DNA of 52,770 nt from a bacterium (GTDB lineage: Bacteria > Patescibacteriota > Microgenomatia > UBA1400 > PJMF01), in the NCBI GenBank assembly GCA_017431625.1, contig JAFRKQ010000031.1, positions 1 through 52,770 on the forward strand, read 5' to 3'. The stretch's first letter is position 1; each line of letters starts with the position of its first letter. The translations under genes were made by a program, and so were the position numbers. Below, piece after piece: positions 20,249 to 30,297 of this stretch. The notes beneath the pieces were generated by a model that was not told the DNA's origin, did no database searches, and saw nothing but the letters and a program-made list of their open reading frames with translations.

Positions 20249-20554
20249 ACCGGCATTATACCAGAAGTTTGCCCAAATCAACATCGACTATTAACGCAGT
20301 TTTTGCAAGAATAATTTAAACCGAGCCATGAATATTTCCGCAAAATCTGCAATAATAAGCCAGTTTTGCCCTCACGGTGGAAAAAAATTATAGTTACTGT
20401 TTAGAGTCCTATAAGATTTTAATCACTATCCTATAAAAGTTATTTAGGGAAAGTGAGTAACTGTTTTCCAGTCTTGAAAATGCAAAAAGAGGTTGTCAGC
20501 CCCAAATTGTGTTGGCGGCGGTTTTGCTCTCCACTTGTGATATAATACCTATTG

Positions 20555-20992
20555 ATGCAACAAGTACCCGTCAAAATCAAACTTTTTGACCACAGCTTTC
20601 CTATGCCTGCCTACCAAACGGCCGGTGCCGCTGCTTTTGACCTCTATGCCCGCATTGATGCCACCCTCGCACCCGATCAAATCCTCCCCATGCCCACCAA
20701 TATCGCCGTGCAAATCCCAGAAGATTACTGGTTGCTAGTGGCCGCTCGCTCCAGCTTGTACAAACGAAGTCTCAATCTAGTCAATGATATTGGAATCATT
20801 GACACCGACTATTGCGGTGACAACGACGAAATTACCATTATTTTGCACAACTTTGGCCAGCAGACAGTCCATATCAAGGCTGGTGAGCGACTCGCCCAGG
20901 GTATTCTCGTGCCAAGACTGCAGGCTCAATTTACCCAAGTAGAACATCTAGAAAGTGCCAATCGTGGCGGCTTTGGTTCCACTGGTTTGTAA
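20555..20992 (+). CDS. dut: dUTP diphosphatase
   Basis: AAAFDL, RSS, GIIDTDYCG, GERLAQ, RGGFGSTG. Confidence 0.96.
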   Translation: MQQVPVKIKLFDHSFPMPAYQTAGAAAFDLYARIDATLAPDQILPMPTNIAVQIPEDYWLLVAARSSLYKRSLNLVNDIGIIDTDYCGDNDEITIILHNFGQQTVHIKAGERLAQGILVPRLQAQFTQVEHLESANRGGFGSTGL

Positions 20993-20996
20993 GCGA

Positions 20997-21076
20997 TTTT
21001 TTGTGCGTACATTGTACTCACAAAGTGAAATAATACCTATCCATCAAGATATTTTTGTGAGCCTCAAAGGCTCACA
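20997..21076. repeat. Dispersed repeat family 2 copy with bidirectional hairpin
   Basis: TGTACTCACA unit and TGTGAGCCT-caa-AGGCTCACA between convergent dut and folA; overlaps the folA stop codon. Confidence 0.8.
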
Positions 21077-21641
21077 CGGTTTCGTTGTCCATGGGCTTGA
21101 GATGCCAGACGGTAGTCTGGGTTGACAAATCAATTTTTTCCACAACTTCAAATCGCTGCAACGCCGACACCATCCCATCAGGCGTAAGCTTAATCCCACC
21201 CCCCAAAAACACTGGTTCGATGGTCACATACAATTCGTCCACTAAGTTTGCTGTCAAAAAAGACTGGTACACCCGGGCACCACCGCAAATGGCCACTTGC
21301 CGGAGTCCCTGAGACTCCAGCACCGCCAGCAAATCGGCCGGCGCGCGCGAGTCACTGCGCCAGACGGTATTTAACTGCACCTCTCGTTCGGTCACCTCTG
21401 GCAACTCAGAGCATTCGCCCGGACGGCACATGACAATGATCTGCCGCTCAGGCAAAGGCCGACCAATCGTCGCGTAAGTCGGCGCGCCCATGATCAAAAC
21501 ACCGATTTGTCGGGATATTTTGGCAAAAAACTGGCGATCTTCCCGACTTGTCCAGGCAGTGGACACTTGTTGCCGACTTTGGGCGATATAGCCATCCAGA
21601 CTCGAAGCCACAATCAAAATTTTTTGCATGTCCACCTCCAT
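21072..21641 (-). CDS. folA: Dihydrofolate reductase family protein
   Basis: ASSLDGYIA, IMG.PTY.TIGRPLPER, ICGGARVY, VDELYVT. Confidence 0.85.
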   Translation of the reverse strand: MEVDMQKILIVASSLDGYIAQSRQQVSTAWTSREDRQFFAKISRQIGVLIMGAPTYATIGRPLPERQIIVMCRPGECSELPEVTEREVQLNTVWRSDSRAPADLLAVLESQGLRQVAICGGARVYQSFLTANLVDELYVTIEPVFLGGGIKLTPDGMVSALQRFEVVEKIDLSTQTTVWHLKPMDNETV

Positions 21642-21650
21642 TTGTCAGCT

Positions 21651-22313
21651 TTAGTCGCCAAAAAAGCGCAAGTGCCAGCTGGTGCGCGGCGCTTGGCTGG
21701 CGCTCACCTCGGTCTCCAAAGCCTGCAGATATTCAGCCAAATAGGCCAACAAAGCCACTGGCTCGACTAGAGCCACCGTTGATGCTTCCACTGTCTCCTC
21801 TTGCTGACGCCAAAAAGCCCGCGCCAACAGGAGTGAGAGCCGCCCCGTCAATTGACTGCGTTCACTGAGTTTGTACTTGTCAGCGAGCAGCTTTTTGTAA
21901 CGTTTTTGGATAATAATTTCATCTGAATTATCAGTATTTTCTTCTGGTTCGTTCACATTTTCACTACTTGAAACTTCGCCATCATACAAGTCACGATAAG
22001 CGCCGTCAGCGGCCATAATTTCATAAGTAAGTTCATCAATGAACGCTTTTACCTCTTGACTAGCAGCCGCCCAATCCTCACGGCGCACCGAAATTTGTAA
22101 AATCAACTCAACATTGGTGCGTCGATCGTGAATCTCGCGCCAAAACTCATCCAACTCGCCACGCGACAGGCCACTGCCATGATATTTGCGCGCCAACTGT
22201 TGCCAACGAGCCAACTTTTCAGCGCAACGACTTAACATACTATCATGCACCGATGCCGCCCGACCATTCATAATCGAGCGCAATTCCTGGCCAATCCGTG
22301 TGTGATCACTCAT
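21651..22313 (-). CDS. Hypothetical helical protein
   Basis: 220-aa ORF in an operon, SD AAGGAG upstream. Confidence 0.7.
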   Translation of the reverse strand: MSDHTRIGQELRSIMNGRAASVHDSMLSRCAEKLARWQQLARKYHGSGLSRGELDEFWREIHDRRTNVELILQISVRREDWAAASQEVKAFIDELTYEIMAADGAYRDLYDGEVSSSENVNEPEENTDNSDEIIIQKRYKKLLADKYKLSERSQLTGRLSLLLARAFWRQQEETVEASTVALVEPVALLAYLAEYLQALETEVSASQAPRTSWHLRFFGD

Positions 22314-22749
22314 GTTTGCTTCTCCTTCGCCGCGCCCAGCCGCTCACAAAATGTCCAGCCAAGTCAACCCAGTATTTGGCCATTGTCAAATTGGGTTTGG
22401 TCTGAATCGACAGTGTTTTTTCAAAAAGTGCTTCCGTTTGCTCCTCCAGAGAGTGCAGTAAATCGTTGTAAAGACTCAAGTAATACCACACCCCGATCAA
22501 GCCACAAGCCAAAAGTCCACTCAAAACCCACAAAACAAAAATCCCACTGCTTAAAGAAAAACAAAAACTGATGGCCAAAATCAGCGACAAGCAAGTGGCC
22601 AAAAGCAAGTAGGCTTCGCGGTTTTTTTGAAAATAAGTCACCTGAAATTGGTGATACTGCAACCACATGCACCAACTCTCACCGCCTGCCGGCAAATCAG
22701 CCAAAACTTTTTCGATTTTTTTGTAGTGGACACGCATCTGACTAATCAT
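22306..22749 (-). CDS. Hypothetical two-TM membrane protein
   Basis: Two hydrophobic helices; start reset to the ATG 7 nt after TGaTATGAT. Confidence 0.65.
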   Translation of the reverse strand: MISQMRVHYKKIEKVLADLPAGGESWCMWLQYHQFQVTYFQKNREAYLLLATCLSLILAISFCFSLSSGIFVLWVLSGLLACGLIGVWYYLSLYNDLLHSLEEQTEALFEKTLSIQTKPNLTMAKYWVDLAGHFVSGWARRRRSKHE

Positions 22750-22795
22750 ATTGGGCATCATATCACAAATACCGCCAAAATGCAACTTTTGGAAA

Positions 22796-22876
22796 ATTTT
22801 TGTACTCACATTGTACACACGCAAGAAAATTATACCTATAAATCAATAAATATTTGTTAGCCTTAAAGACTCACAG
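22796..22876. repeat. Dispersed repeat family 2, degenerate copy
   Basis: TTTTGTACTCACATTGTACACAC...ACCTAT...ATATTTGTTAGCCTTAAAGACTCACA. Confidence 0.75.
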
Positions 22877-22921
22877 AAATTGCTCGCCCTTAAGTCGCCC
22901 ATTGGTGATATAATTGGGCTC

Positions 22922-23734
22922 ATGACAAATCAAAAAAATACAACCAATAATGCGTTTACTTTGGTGAGCACTATTTTGGGTGGCACCTTTTTTGGCGGGA
23001 TTTTACTCAGCCTCGGGATTGCTTTGGGCAATAAAATTACTGGCCTGCCGCTACTTACCAGCAGTGTCAACATGGTGACTACCAATCAAGTCAATCTTTT
23101 TACCGCCCAAGGTGAAGCGCAACTAACCGTGGTCCCCGATCAAGCCGAAATCAATCTAGGCGTTAATATCACGGCTGATAGTGTGAAAGCCGCTCAAGAT
23201 CAAGCTAATGCCATCAGCAATAAACTCCAGGCAGATTTGGCGACTTTGGGCATTGATGCGGCCAAAATCAAGACCCAAGATTATTCAGTCTATCCTGAAT
23301 ATGACTGGAGTGGCGACACTAGGCGTATTGTTGGCTACAATGTCAATACCAGTATTCGTGTCACTGTCACCGATTTTGCCCTCCTTAATAGCATTATTGA
23401 CGCCGCCGCCAATGACGGCATCAATGAAATTGGTAATATCCGTTTCACCCTCTCGAGTGACAAGCAAAATGAACTCCGCCAACAAGCCCGTCAAGAGGCG
23501 ATCAAGCAGGCCGAAAACAATGCTGCTGAGCTCGCCAGGCTTTCTGGCTTGCGCCTGGGCAAAGTCGTCAATGTCACCGAAAACACTGATCGTACCACTA
23601 ATAATTTGTATACCACCAATATGAAAATGGCCACCTTTGACGCTGCAGCCCAAGAAGAGAGCTTGGGTACCAATATTGAGGCCGGCGAGACCACCTACCA
23701 CTACTACGTCACTTTAAGTTACCAGACACTTTGA
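22922..23734 (+). CDS. SIMPL (DUF541) domain protein
   Basis: GEAQLTVVPDQAEINLGV, IKTQDYSVYPEYD, AREAI..A...A.ELA..SGLRLGKV, IEAGE. Confidence 0.9.
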   Translation: MTNQKNTTNNAFTLVSTILGGTFFGGILLSLGIALGNKITGLPLLTSSVNMVTTNQVNLFTAQGEAQLTVVPDQAEINLGVNITADSVKAAQDQANAISNKLQADLATLGIDAAKIKTQDYSVYPEYDWSGDTRRIVGYNVNTSIRVTVTDFALLNSIIDAAANDGINEIGNIRFTLSSDKQNELRQQARQEAIKQAENNAAELARLSGLRLGKVVNVTENTDRTTNNLYTTNMKMATFDAAAQEESLGTNIEAGETTYHYYVTLSYQTL

Positions 23735-23789
23735 TGACAGACTAGACTGTTACATCGCTTTATTTTCTCGTCAACAGGGGTCCTGCCAA

Positions 23790-24332
23790 TTAGCTTTTGG
23801 CTAGCAGTAATTTTTTACGCTCGTCATATTCTTCTTGAGTCAGCGCCCCATCTTTCACCAGTTGCCACAGCGATGCCAATTCCTCAGCAACAAAAGCACT
23901 ATCATGAGGTTTTCCTTGTGGACCGGCCAAAAACCGATCGCGGTAAGCATTGACGCATTCCAGCAAAATATTGACAAACCGGCGTAAATCACCATTAAGA
24001 GCATAATCATAGAAATTGCGCCCTGTCTGGTCTTCGATGATAATTTTGCCAAAAAACAAACGAGTATTGTAGTCTACGCCCGAGATTTGCATGTAGGAAA
24101 TATCCTTGTGATCGGTGCCATAAAAAGTAAAATCATCCATGATAATCAGTCGTTTATCCGTAGCCACCAACAAAACAATCGTCGATTGACTAAAAGCCCG
24201 ACACAACCCCTTGATGTGTTCATCTTTAAACATCTTGTACTGAAGACTTTTGATCTCCTTGCGCACCCCCCAAAGGCTCACTTTGTGAGGCAGGGCTCTG
24301 ATTTCCGCGTCAATTTCTTTTTTATCCTTCAT
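23790..24332 (-). CDS. Bacterial PH-domain protein with C-terminal SHOCT
   Basis: LLVATDKRLII core; EELASL..L.KDGALTQEEYDERKKLLL SHOCT motif. Confidence 0.8.
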   Translation of the reverse strand: MKDKKEIDAEIRALPHKVSLWGVRKEIKSLQYKMFKDEHIKGLCRAFSQSTIVLLVATDKRLIIMDDFTFYGTDHKDISYMQISGVDYNTRLFFGKIIIEDQTGRNFYDYALNGDLRRFVNILLECVNAYRDRFLAGPQGKPHDSAFVAEELASLWQLVKDGALTQEEYDERKKLLLAKS

Positions 24333-25656
24333 GGCTTTCCTGTCCGTTGGTTTTTACTGCTTGCAAGATTCTTTCTTGAATTGGTCGATAAATCGCTTGG
24401 CGACAAGATAATTTGGCTGCATCCGCCGGATCAGCCAGGAGACCTTCCACGATCGCCTCCAGGTGTCGACCTTGAGAGGCTTTAATCAAAAGTGTCTCGC
24501 CACCTTGCAGGTGATTATAAATCCAGGCGTAAGCCTGGGCCGCTTCATCAAAACACTGCACGCGCGCCGACCCCCAACGAGCCGAGAGCAGCGGATAAAC
24601 CCACTCGCGCATTTCTGGCGACACCAATACCACTTGCTCTACCATTGTCATTTGATCCAGAATAAATTGTGCCAGTTGCGTATGTTGGAGCTCTGCCTCG
24701 CGCCCAAGCTCACGAAATTCCCCTAACACCAACCATTTTTTGTCTGCAGGATAGTCACGGAAGGACTTGAGCATCGCCAGCGCCGAGCCAAGATTGGCAT
24801 TGTAGGTAGAGTCAATCAAAGTAGTCTCCCGAATGCCGGCAAAAAGACTACTGCGTCCAGGCTCTAGCTGATAATTATCAAAGTCGCGTCGCATCCGGAT
24901 ACCAAATTCCTCACACACGAGTCTGGTAATCTCAATCCCCATGGCTACCTCTTGTGGTAAGAAATAGGGGAAGTTAAAAGTCTGACCATTGATGACAAAT
25001 TGAGTGTGATCTGAGTAAATTTTATACTCACGCAGATAATCAGCTGCTTGCAAATACACCATACAATCACGAACTTCTTTTGGTAAATCAGTCTTTTCTA
25101 CCGTCTCAAAAAGAAGTTGATTGTCAGCATTAATAATCGCCCGCTTGGTAGCCCCACGCAAATACTTGACAAATTCCGCGGCCACCGCCTCAATAGCATA
25201 AAAATATTGCCCCTTGGTCACCAACTCATCAAAATAAGCTGAATGAGTCTGAAAAATATTGGTCACAATTACTGTTTTTGGCTGCAAAAGTCGCTGGATA
25301 AAATCAGCCTCGCCAGGTCGCTCTGCATCCGCCTCCACCACATAGAGTTTGGCGCGATTTTTGGCCACCCCAAAGCGAAAAGGCGCCAGCACAAAAAATT
25401 TGAGCCATTCCGCCAGCGAGTAAGTGTGACGCTCGAGCCCTAAGATATTGAAAGGAATGCCAAAAGCGGAATTGGAGTGATAAGCATACTCAGCCTTTGA
25501 TCCCAATTGCGCCTCCAACAAGCGAAAAACTGTAGTCTTGCCACTTGAACCCGTCACCAAAATCACCTCCGGCTGCCACGAGTGCAAAACCAACCGCGCC
25601 CAAAAAGCAAAATAACTAGCCACAATCAAGTAAAATTTTTTTTTCAAGCCTTCCAT
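24322..25656 (-). CDS. murF: Mur ligase, MurF-like
   Basis: VTGSSGKTT, PGR, IDSTYNAN, LVLGEFRELG, LIKASQ. Confidence 0.85.
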   Translation of the reverse strand: MEGLKKKFYLIVASYFAFWARLVLHSWQPEVILVTGSSGKTTVFRLLEAQLGSKAEYAYHSNSAFGIPFNILGLERHTYSLAEWLKFFVLAPFRFGVAKNRAKLYVVEADAERPGEADFIQRLLQPKTVIVTNIFQTHSAYFDELVTKGQYFYAIEAVAAEFVKYLRGATKRAIINADNQLLFETVEKTDLPKEVRDCMVYLQAADYLREYKIYSDHTQFVINGQTFNFPYFLPQEVAMGIEITRLVCEEFGIRMRRDFDNYQLEPGRSSLFAGIRETTLIDSTYNANLGSALAMLKSFRDYPADKKWLVLGEFRELGREAELQHTQLAQFILDQMTMVEQVVLVSPEMREWVYPLLSARWGSARVQCFDEAAQAYAWIYNHLQGGETLLIKASQGRHLEAIVEGLLADPADAAKLSCRQAIYRPIQERILQAVKTNGQESHEG

Positions 25657-25762
25657 TTAGATTTTACTCCTTTCAAGTATTATACCATAAATCTGGCACA
25701 TTCCTACACGCAATTTGTACCACCATTTTTGTCAATTTGTACACAAAAACTAAACACTACTT

Positions 25763-25793
25763 TGTTAAACACTTGTTAAACGTTTGTTTAACA
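25763..25793. repeat. 11-bp-phased TGTTWAACA array (3 units)
   Basis: Units at 25763, 25774, 25785. Confidence 0.85.
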
Positions 25794-25892
25794 AAAAAGC
25801 CTGGTTTTTCGTGACAAAAAATTACAGACCGAGTACAGAAATAATTTTCAGCACGTAATAAATGACTTGTATAATCTTAATTATCATTGTCC

Positions 25893-26948
25893 TTACTCCC
25901 ATTCATACAGTTGTAATAAATTCATCATTCTAATGGCCATACGGTCATAATAGTCATACTCAGTGTCGTTGGCGGCCCCAATTTTGTAAGTGACTTTGGC
26001 ATAATATTTACTCGTAGCCGCGTCTTGCAAATAATAATACATCGTCTCTGAATTATTTTGGTAAGCCACAAAAGAAAAACCTAGGTGCTCAGCAATACTC
26101 TCGCTGCGCTTACCCACATGCGTGACACCATTGGGCGCGTGCTCGTAGTCAGCATTGACGATCGTCTCCAAACTCCGACCATTGGTGGGCTGGACGGTAA
26201 TTATCATCACAAAACCAGAGACTGGTTCATCACCATTGACCTCGCCATAAGAAAGCCGAACATTTTGTTCATCGGCTGAGACTTTGAGACTGGGGATGTC
26301 TTTATAGATACTAAAGTTACCTTTTGGATCCACGTAAATAGGCAAATTGGCTGTATTGAGCTGATTTTCTTCTTGCAAGCCAGCAATCTGGACATAAAGC
26401 TGTTGGATCTGCTCTTGACTGCTTTCAGCCTGATAACGATAAGTCGCAATTTGCAAGTTGAGCTGATACCACATCCAATAAATCGCTACCCCCACGGCTA
26501 CCACCAGTAGCAAACACAAAATCGACCACACGAGCGCCGGGGTGCTTTTTTCTTTGGGGGCGGGGGGCGTGGACTCACTTGTATCAGTGATTTCTTGAGG
26601 CGGCAAAGCCGCCGGCTCTGGAGTGGGCACGCCAACAGCTGTCAAAACTCCATTTTGAAATTGAGGCAAAGGGGTATTATCTGGCTGCAGTGCTAGATCT
26701 TGCTGACTAATCGCTTGGCCAAAACTGTCACGACTATCATCTTGTGCTTCAGGATTGGGAGCAGTTTTTCCTGGCATCGGCCCGCCACGCAAACGCGCTG
26801 TCAATGATCCCAGACGATTATTGCCCACAGGCGCTGGCGCCGATGGCTGACCGCTTGTGGCCTGTAGCATCGCTGAGCGCGACATTTTACTGGCCACGGG
26901 CGTGGCCGGTGTTACGAGTGCGTCTGTAACCGCATTTTCATTTGGCAT
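25893..26948 (-). CDS. Bitopic membrane protein: Pro-rich N-terminus, TM, coiled coil, PsbP-like extracellular domain
   Basis: Single TM (LVWSILCLLLVVAVGVAIYWMWY) with flanking domain composition. Confidence 0.75.
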   Translation of the reverse strand: MPNENAVTDALVTPATPVASKMSRSAMLQATSGQPSAPAPVGNNRLGSLTARLRGGPMPGKTAPNPEAQDDSRDSFGQAISQQDLALQPDNTPLPQFQNGVLTAVGVPTPEPAALPPQEITDTSESTPPAPKEKSTPALVWSILCLLLVVAVGVAIYWMWYQLNLQIATYRYQAESSQEQIQQLYVQIAGLQEENQLNTANLPIYVDPKGNFSIYKDIPSLKVSADEQNVRLSYGEVNGDEPVSGFVMIITVQPTNGRSLETIVNADYEHAPNGVTHVGKRSESIAEHLGFSFVAYQNNSETMYYYLQDAATSKYYAKVTYKIGAANDTEYDYYDRMAIRMMNLLQLYEWE

Positions 26949-27065
26949 GAGCCTATTTTACCCAAAAAAACCTCGACCGTCAAGCAGGAATTTTGTATCA
27001 CTTGTCCTTGACAAAAAAACATTTTCGCGTTACAATTGTGGATATTATAAATCAATTGCAAAATT

Positions 27066-28076
27066 ATGTTGACAGGTTTACCGATTTCATTGTTAATTGT
27101 TATTTACATCATTGCCTTGATCGCTGGCTTTTTACTTTTGATCAAAGGCGCTGACATTTTTGTGGAGGGTGCTTCATCTATTGCTGGCAATCTCAAAGTC
27201 CCCAAAATGCTTATTGGCCTCACGATCGTGGCTTTTGGTACATCCGCTCCTGAGTTTGCTGTCAGCATTAGCTCTATTTTTGCCGGCAAGGGTGACATCG
27301 TCTTGGGTAATGTCATTGGCTCCAATATCCTCAATATTTTGCTGATTTTGGGCTGTGCTGCTATGGTTCACACTCTCAAGGTCAAACCCAATACCAGTAG
27401 CAAAGAGTTGCCAATGATGCTTTTGATGACCACTATTTTGGCGGTAACTATTGGCGATCACCTTTTTGACCCCACCGCCACTAATATGATTACTCGCGGC
27501 GAGGCAATTGTCATTTTGCTTTTCTTTAGTGTTTTTCTCTATTACCTTTTTGGCATGGCTAGAGGCGAAAAAGACAAATCCAAAGACAAATATATGCCGA
27601 TGAATAAAGCAATTATTTATACTGTTTTGGGTATTATTGGTATTGTCGCTGGTAGTCAATTTGCGGTCAATGGCGCCAGTGGTCTAGCTCAGCTTGCTCA
27701 TGTCAGTGAAGCCATGATCGCACTCACGATTGTGGCTTTGGGTACTTCACTGCCAGAACTCGTCACGAGTGTCATGGCTACCCGCAAAGGTGAATACGAT
27801 CTCGCCATTGGCAATGTGATTGGCTCCAATATTTTCAATATCGGCGTCGTCCTCGGGATTCCCATTGCTATTTTTGGCGGCGGCAGCGTCAATCACGTGG
27901 GTATCGCCGCGACCGGTTTTGAGTGGTACGATATTGCCGTCATGCTCCTATCGGCAATTTTACTTTTCATTTTTGGAGCCAATGATCGCCAGATCTCCAA
28001 AAAAGAAGGCATAGTTTTCTTGGTGTTGTTTGTCGTTTACTACGCTTACGTGATTGTCACGGGCATCAATGTTTAA
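27066..28076 (+). CDS. Calcium/sodium antiporter (CaCA family, YrbG-like)
   Basis: Two alpha-repeats GTSAPE/GTSLPE and GNVIGSNI; promoter TTGACA-N17-TACAAT upstream. Confidence 0.93.
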   Translation: MLTGLPISLLIVIYIIALIAGFLLLIKGADIFVEGASSIAGNLKVPKMLIGLTIVAFGTSAPEFAVSISSIFAGKGDIVLGNVIGSNILNILLILGCAAMVHTLKVKPNTSSKELPMMLLMTTILAVTIGDHLFDPTATNMITRGEAIVILLFFSVFLYYLFGMARGEKDKSKDKYMPMNKAIIYTVLGIIGIVAGSQFAVNGASGLAQLAHVSEAMIALTIVALGTSLPELVTSVMATRKGEYDLAIGNVIGSNIFNIGVVLGIPIAIFGGGSVNHVGIAATGFEWYDIAVMLLSAILLFIFGANDRQISKKEGIVFLVLFVVYYAYVIVTGINV

Positions 28077-28096
28077 GTTTGCTCTCAAGTGCATTT

Positions 28097-28123
28097 AATG
28101 CCACCCGTCAGGGTGGCATTTTT
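28097..28123 (+). terminator. Intrinsic terminator
   Basis: AATGCCACCC-gtca-GGGTGGCATT followed by T tract. Confidence 0.85.
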
Positions 28124-28208
28124 GTACTCACATTGTACGCCTCTTGTACTCACAGCCGCAAATCACAGCCATACACCAATATTTTTTTGTGAGCCTTTGA
28201 GGCTCACC
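28120..28208. repeat. Dispersed repeat family 2 copy
   Basis: Three 11-bp TGTACTCACA/TGTACGCCTC units, ACAGCCATACACCAA, and GTGAGCCT-ttg-AGGCTCAC hairpin next to the thrS stop. Confidence 0.85.
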
Positions 28209-28213
28209 GCTTG

Positions 28214-30025
28214 TTAGGCTTGCTCACGGATCAAAGCAATCACCTCAGCCACACTGGCAGTTTTTTGCTCTTTATCCTCGCGCTGGCGCAAGCTCACGGT
28301 CTGGTTTTCTGCCTCTTGATCCCCAATAATCAGCATCAAAGGCACTTGCTCCAGCTGGGCGTCCCGAATCTTGGCTGGCAGCCGTTCGCTACGTTCATCG
28401 AGTTCGCAGCGTACTTGAGCTGCTTCCAACTGCTGGCGCACTTGCTGTGCATACTCCAGATGACGATCTGCAATCGGCAGGATTTTCACTTGCACTGGCG
28501 AAAGCCACAAAGGGAGCCGACCCGCATGATGCTCCAAAAGCATGCCGATCATGCGTTCGTAACTGCCAAAAACGGCCGCGTGGATCATCACTGGAGTCCG
28601 CTCGCTACCGTCTTTTTCGGTGTAAACGGTACCAAAACGACCCGGAAGCTGGAAATCCAGCTGAATGGTCGCCACTTGCCAGCTGCGCCCCAAACTATCC
28701 TTAATATTGACATCGATCTTGGGTCCATAAAAAGCACCATCTTTGGGCTTGAGATCATATTGAATGCCCTTACCAGTCAAGACAGCGATCAGATCCGCCT
28801 CGGCCCGATTCCAGGTTTCGATCTCACCCATGAAGTCATCCGGACGAGTAGACAAAAAGTATTCAGGGGTGAGACCAAGTTTGGCGTAAAATTCTTTGAC
28901 CATTTCAATCAGACTCCCCACCTCTTGAGCGATTTGATCCTCGCGAATCAGCAAATGTGAGTCATCTTGGGTAAATTCGCGCAAACGAAAAAGACCATTT
29001 AGCTCGCCTGACTGTTCATTGCGAAAAACGTGCCCGATTTCCGTGTAACGGATTGGCAAATCACGATAGGAACGCTGACGCGTCTGAAAAATCTTGATAT
29101 TGAAGGGACAATCCATTGGTTTGAGACAAAAAGTTTCCTTATCAACATCAAAAACAAACATGTCATCATGATAGTGATCCCAATGTCCAGAGGTCTTCCA
29201 CAGCTCGCTTCTAGCAATTTCTGGCGTTTTTATCTTGATATATCCATATTTTTTGCGGATACTCTGGCCAAAACTCTCCAAAATATCCCAAATCACCATC
29301 CCCTTGGCATGCCAGAAAACTGCTCCCGGAGCCACCGGATCAAAAGAAAAGAGGTCTTGTTGTTTACCAATCCGCTTGTGATCGCGCTTTTTGGCCTCCT
29401 CGAGGAAATGCATATGGGCTTCCAGCTCCTCTTGAGAACCAAAAGCAGTCCCATAAATCCGAGTCAATTGTTTGTTGTTTTCATCAGCTAGCCAGTAAGC
29501 GCTCGAAACTCGCAAGAGTTTAAAAGCCTTGATTTCACCAGCTTTTTCCACATGCGGGCCTTTACACAAATCGATAAAATAACCACTCTCCCATGCCGAC
29601 TCAAAAGTCAGCGACTCAAGTTTTTCTACCGTCAACTGGTCATTTTTGTCCTTGGGGGCAAGCGAATAAAAAGTCACCACGAATGGATCATCATGACTCT
29701 CACTCTCCAGACGGTGGATAGTGTCCAATTTGTACTGATTACCAGCAAAAAATTTCGCCGCAAGCCCCAGTGAGACCTCCAGGCGTTTAAAGGTCCAGTT
29801 GGCCTTGATGATTTTGCTCATTTCTTTCTCGAGTGCCGGAAAATCTTTGTCAGAAATCGTCAACTCGTCCGCTTTGTCAAAATCAAAGTAAAAACCATCC
29901 TCAATCGCCGGCCCGTGCGCCATAGTAATGCTAGTTGTCCCGTACTTTTTGAGGGCAGCATATGTCAAAACATGCTCCGCTGAGTGTCTAATTTTCTCCA
30001 GTTGTACTAAGCGTTCGTCTTGCAT
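28214..30025 (-). CDS. thrS: Threonyl-tRNA synthetase
   Basis: RHSAEH, DLCKGPHV, RDHKRIG, KPMDCP, FTQDDSH, FYGPKID, TIQLDFQLP. Confidence 0.97.
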   Translation of the reverse strand: MQDERLVQLEKIRHSAEHVLTYAALKKYGTTSITMAHGPAIEDGFYFDFDKADELTISDKDFPALEKEMSKIIKANWTFKRLEVSLGLAAKFFAGNQYKLDTIHRLESESHDDPFVVTFYSLAPKDKNDQLTVEKLESLTFESAWESGYFIDLCKGPHVEKAGEIKAFKLLRVSSAYWLADENNKQLTRIYGTAFGSQEELEAHMHFLEEAKKRDHKRIGKQQDLFSFDPVAPGAVFWHAKGMVIWDILESFGQSIRKKYGYIKIKTPEIARSELWKTSGHWDHYHDDMFVFDVDKETFCLKPMDCPFNIKIFQTRQRSYRDLPIRYTEIGHVFRNEQSGELNGLFRLREFTQDDSHLLIREDQIAQEVGSLIEMVKEFYAKLGLTPEYFLSTRPDDFMGEIETWNRAEADLIAVLTGKGIQYDLKPKDGAFYGPKIDVNIKDSLGRSWQVATIQLDFQLPGRFGTVYTEKDGSERTPVMIHAAVFGSYERMIGMLLEHHAGRLPLWLSPVQVKILPIADRHLEYAQQVRQQLEAAQVRCELDERSERLPAKIRDAQLEQVPLMLIIGDQEAENQTVSLRQREDKEQKTASVAEVIALIREQA

Positions 30026-30135
30026 AATACTGGTTATTATACACCCAATTGTCAATAATGTCAGCGGCACTTGATATATCTAGCTTATTAATTTCGCCTG
30101 GGAAAATGCGTCCATTGACAAAATCTTGCTATGTC

Positions 30136-30297
30136 TTGACTTTTTTAATATTTTGTGTTACAATACATAACAGGATGTTCGCGAGACTCGCCAAATGCGG
30201 GTTCATCGCGGATCGCTCTGTAACATGCGCTTATTCACTATCCGACGCACCCCAAATGGGTGACATTTAAAACTCTCAACAGGAGGTAGTTTGTATC
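30136..30297 (+). promoter_or_regulatory. Promoter and boxA-like leader of orphan gene
   Basis: TTGACT-N17-TACAAT (30136-30164); GCTCTGTAACA at 30215-30225; SD AGGAGG. Confidence 0.6.

Noticed and set aside
20285-20551. NrdR box or other operator in the tmk/dut divergent region (TCCTATAA twice, AGTTACT/AGTAACT)
   Set aside because: It does not match the NrdR consensus, and the repeats are too short to distinguish from chance in AT-rich DNA.
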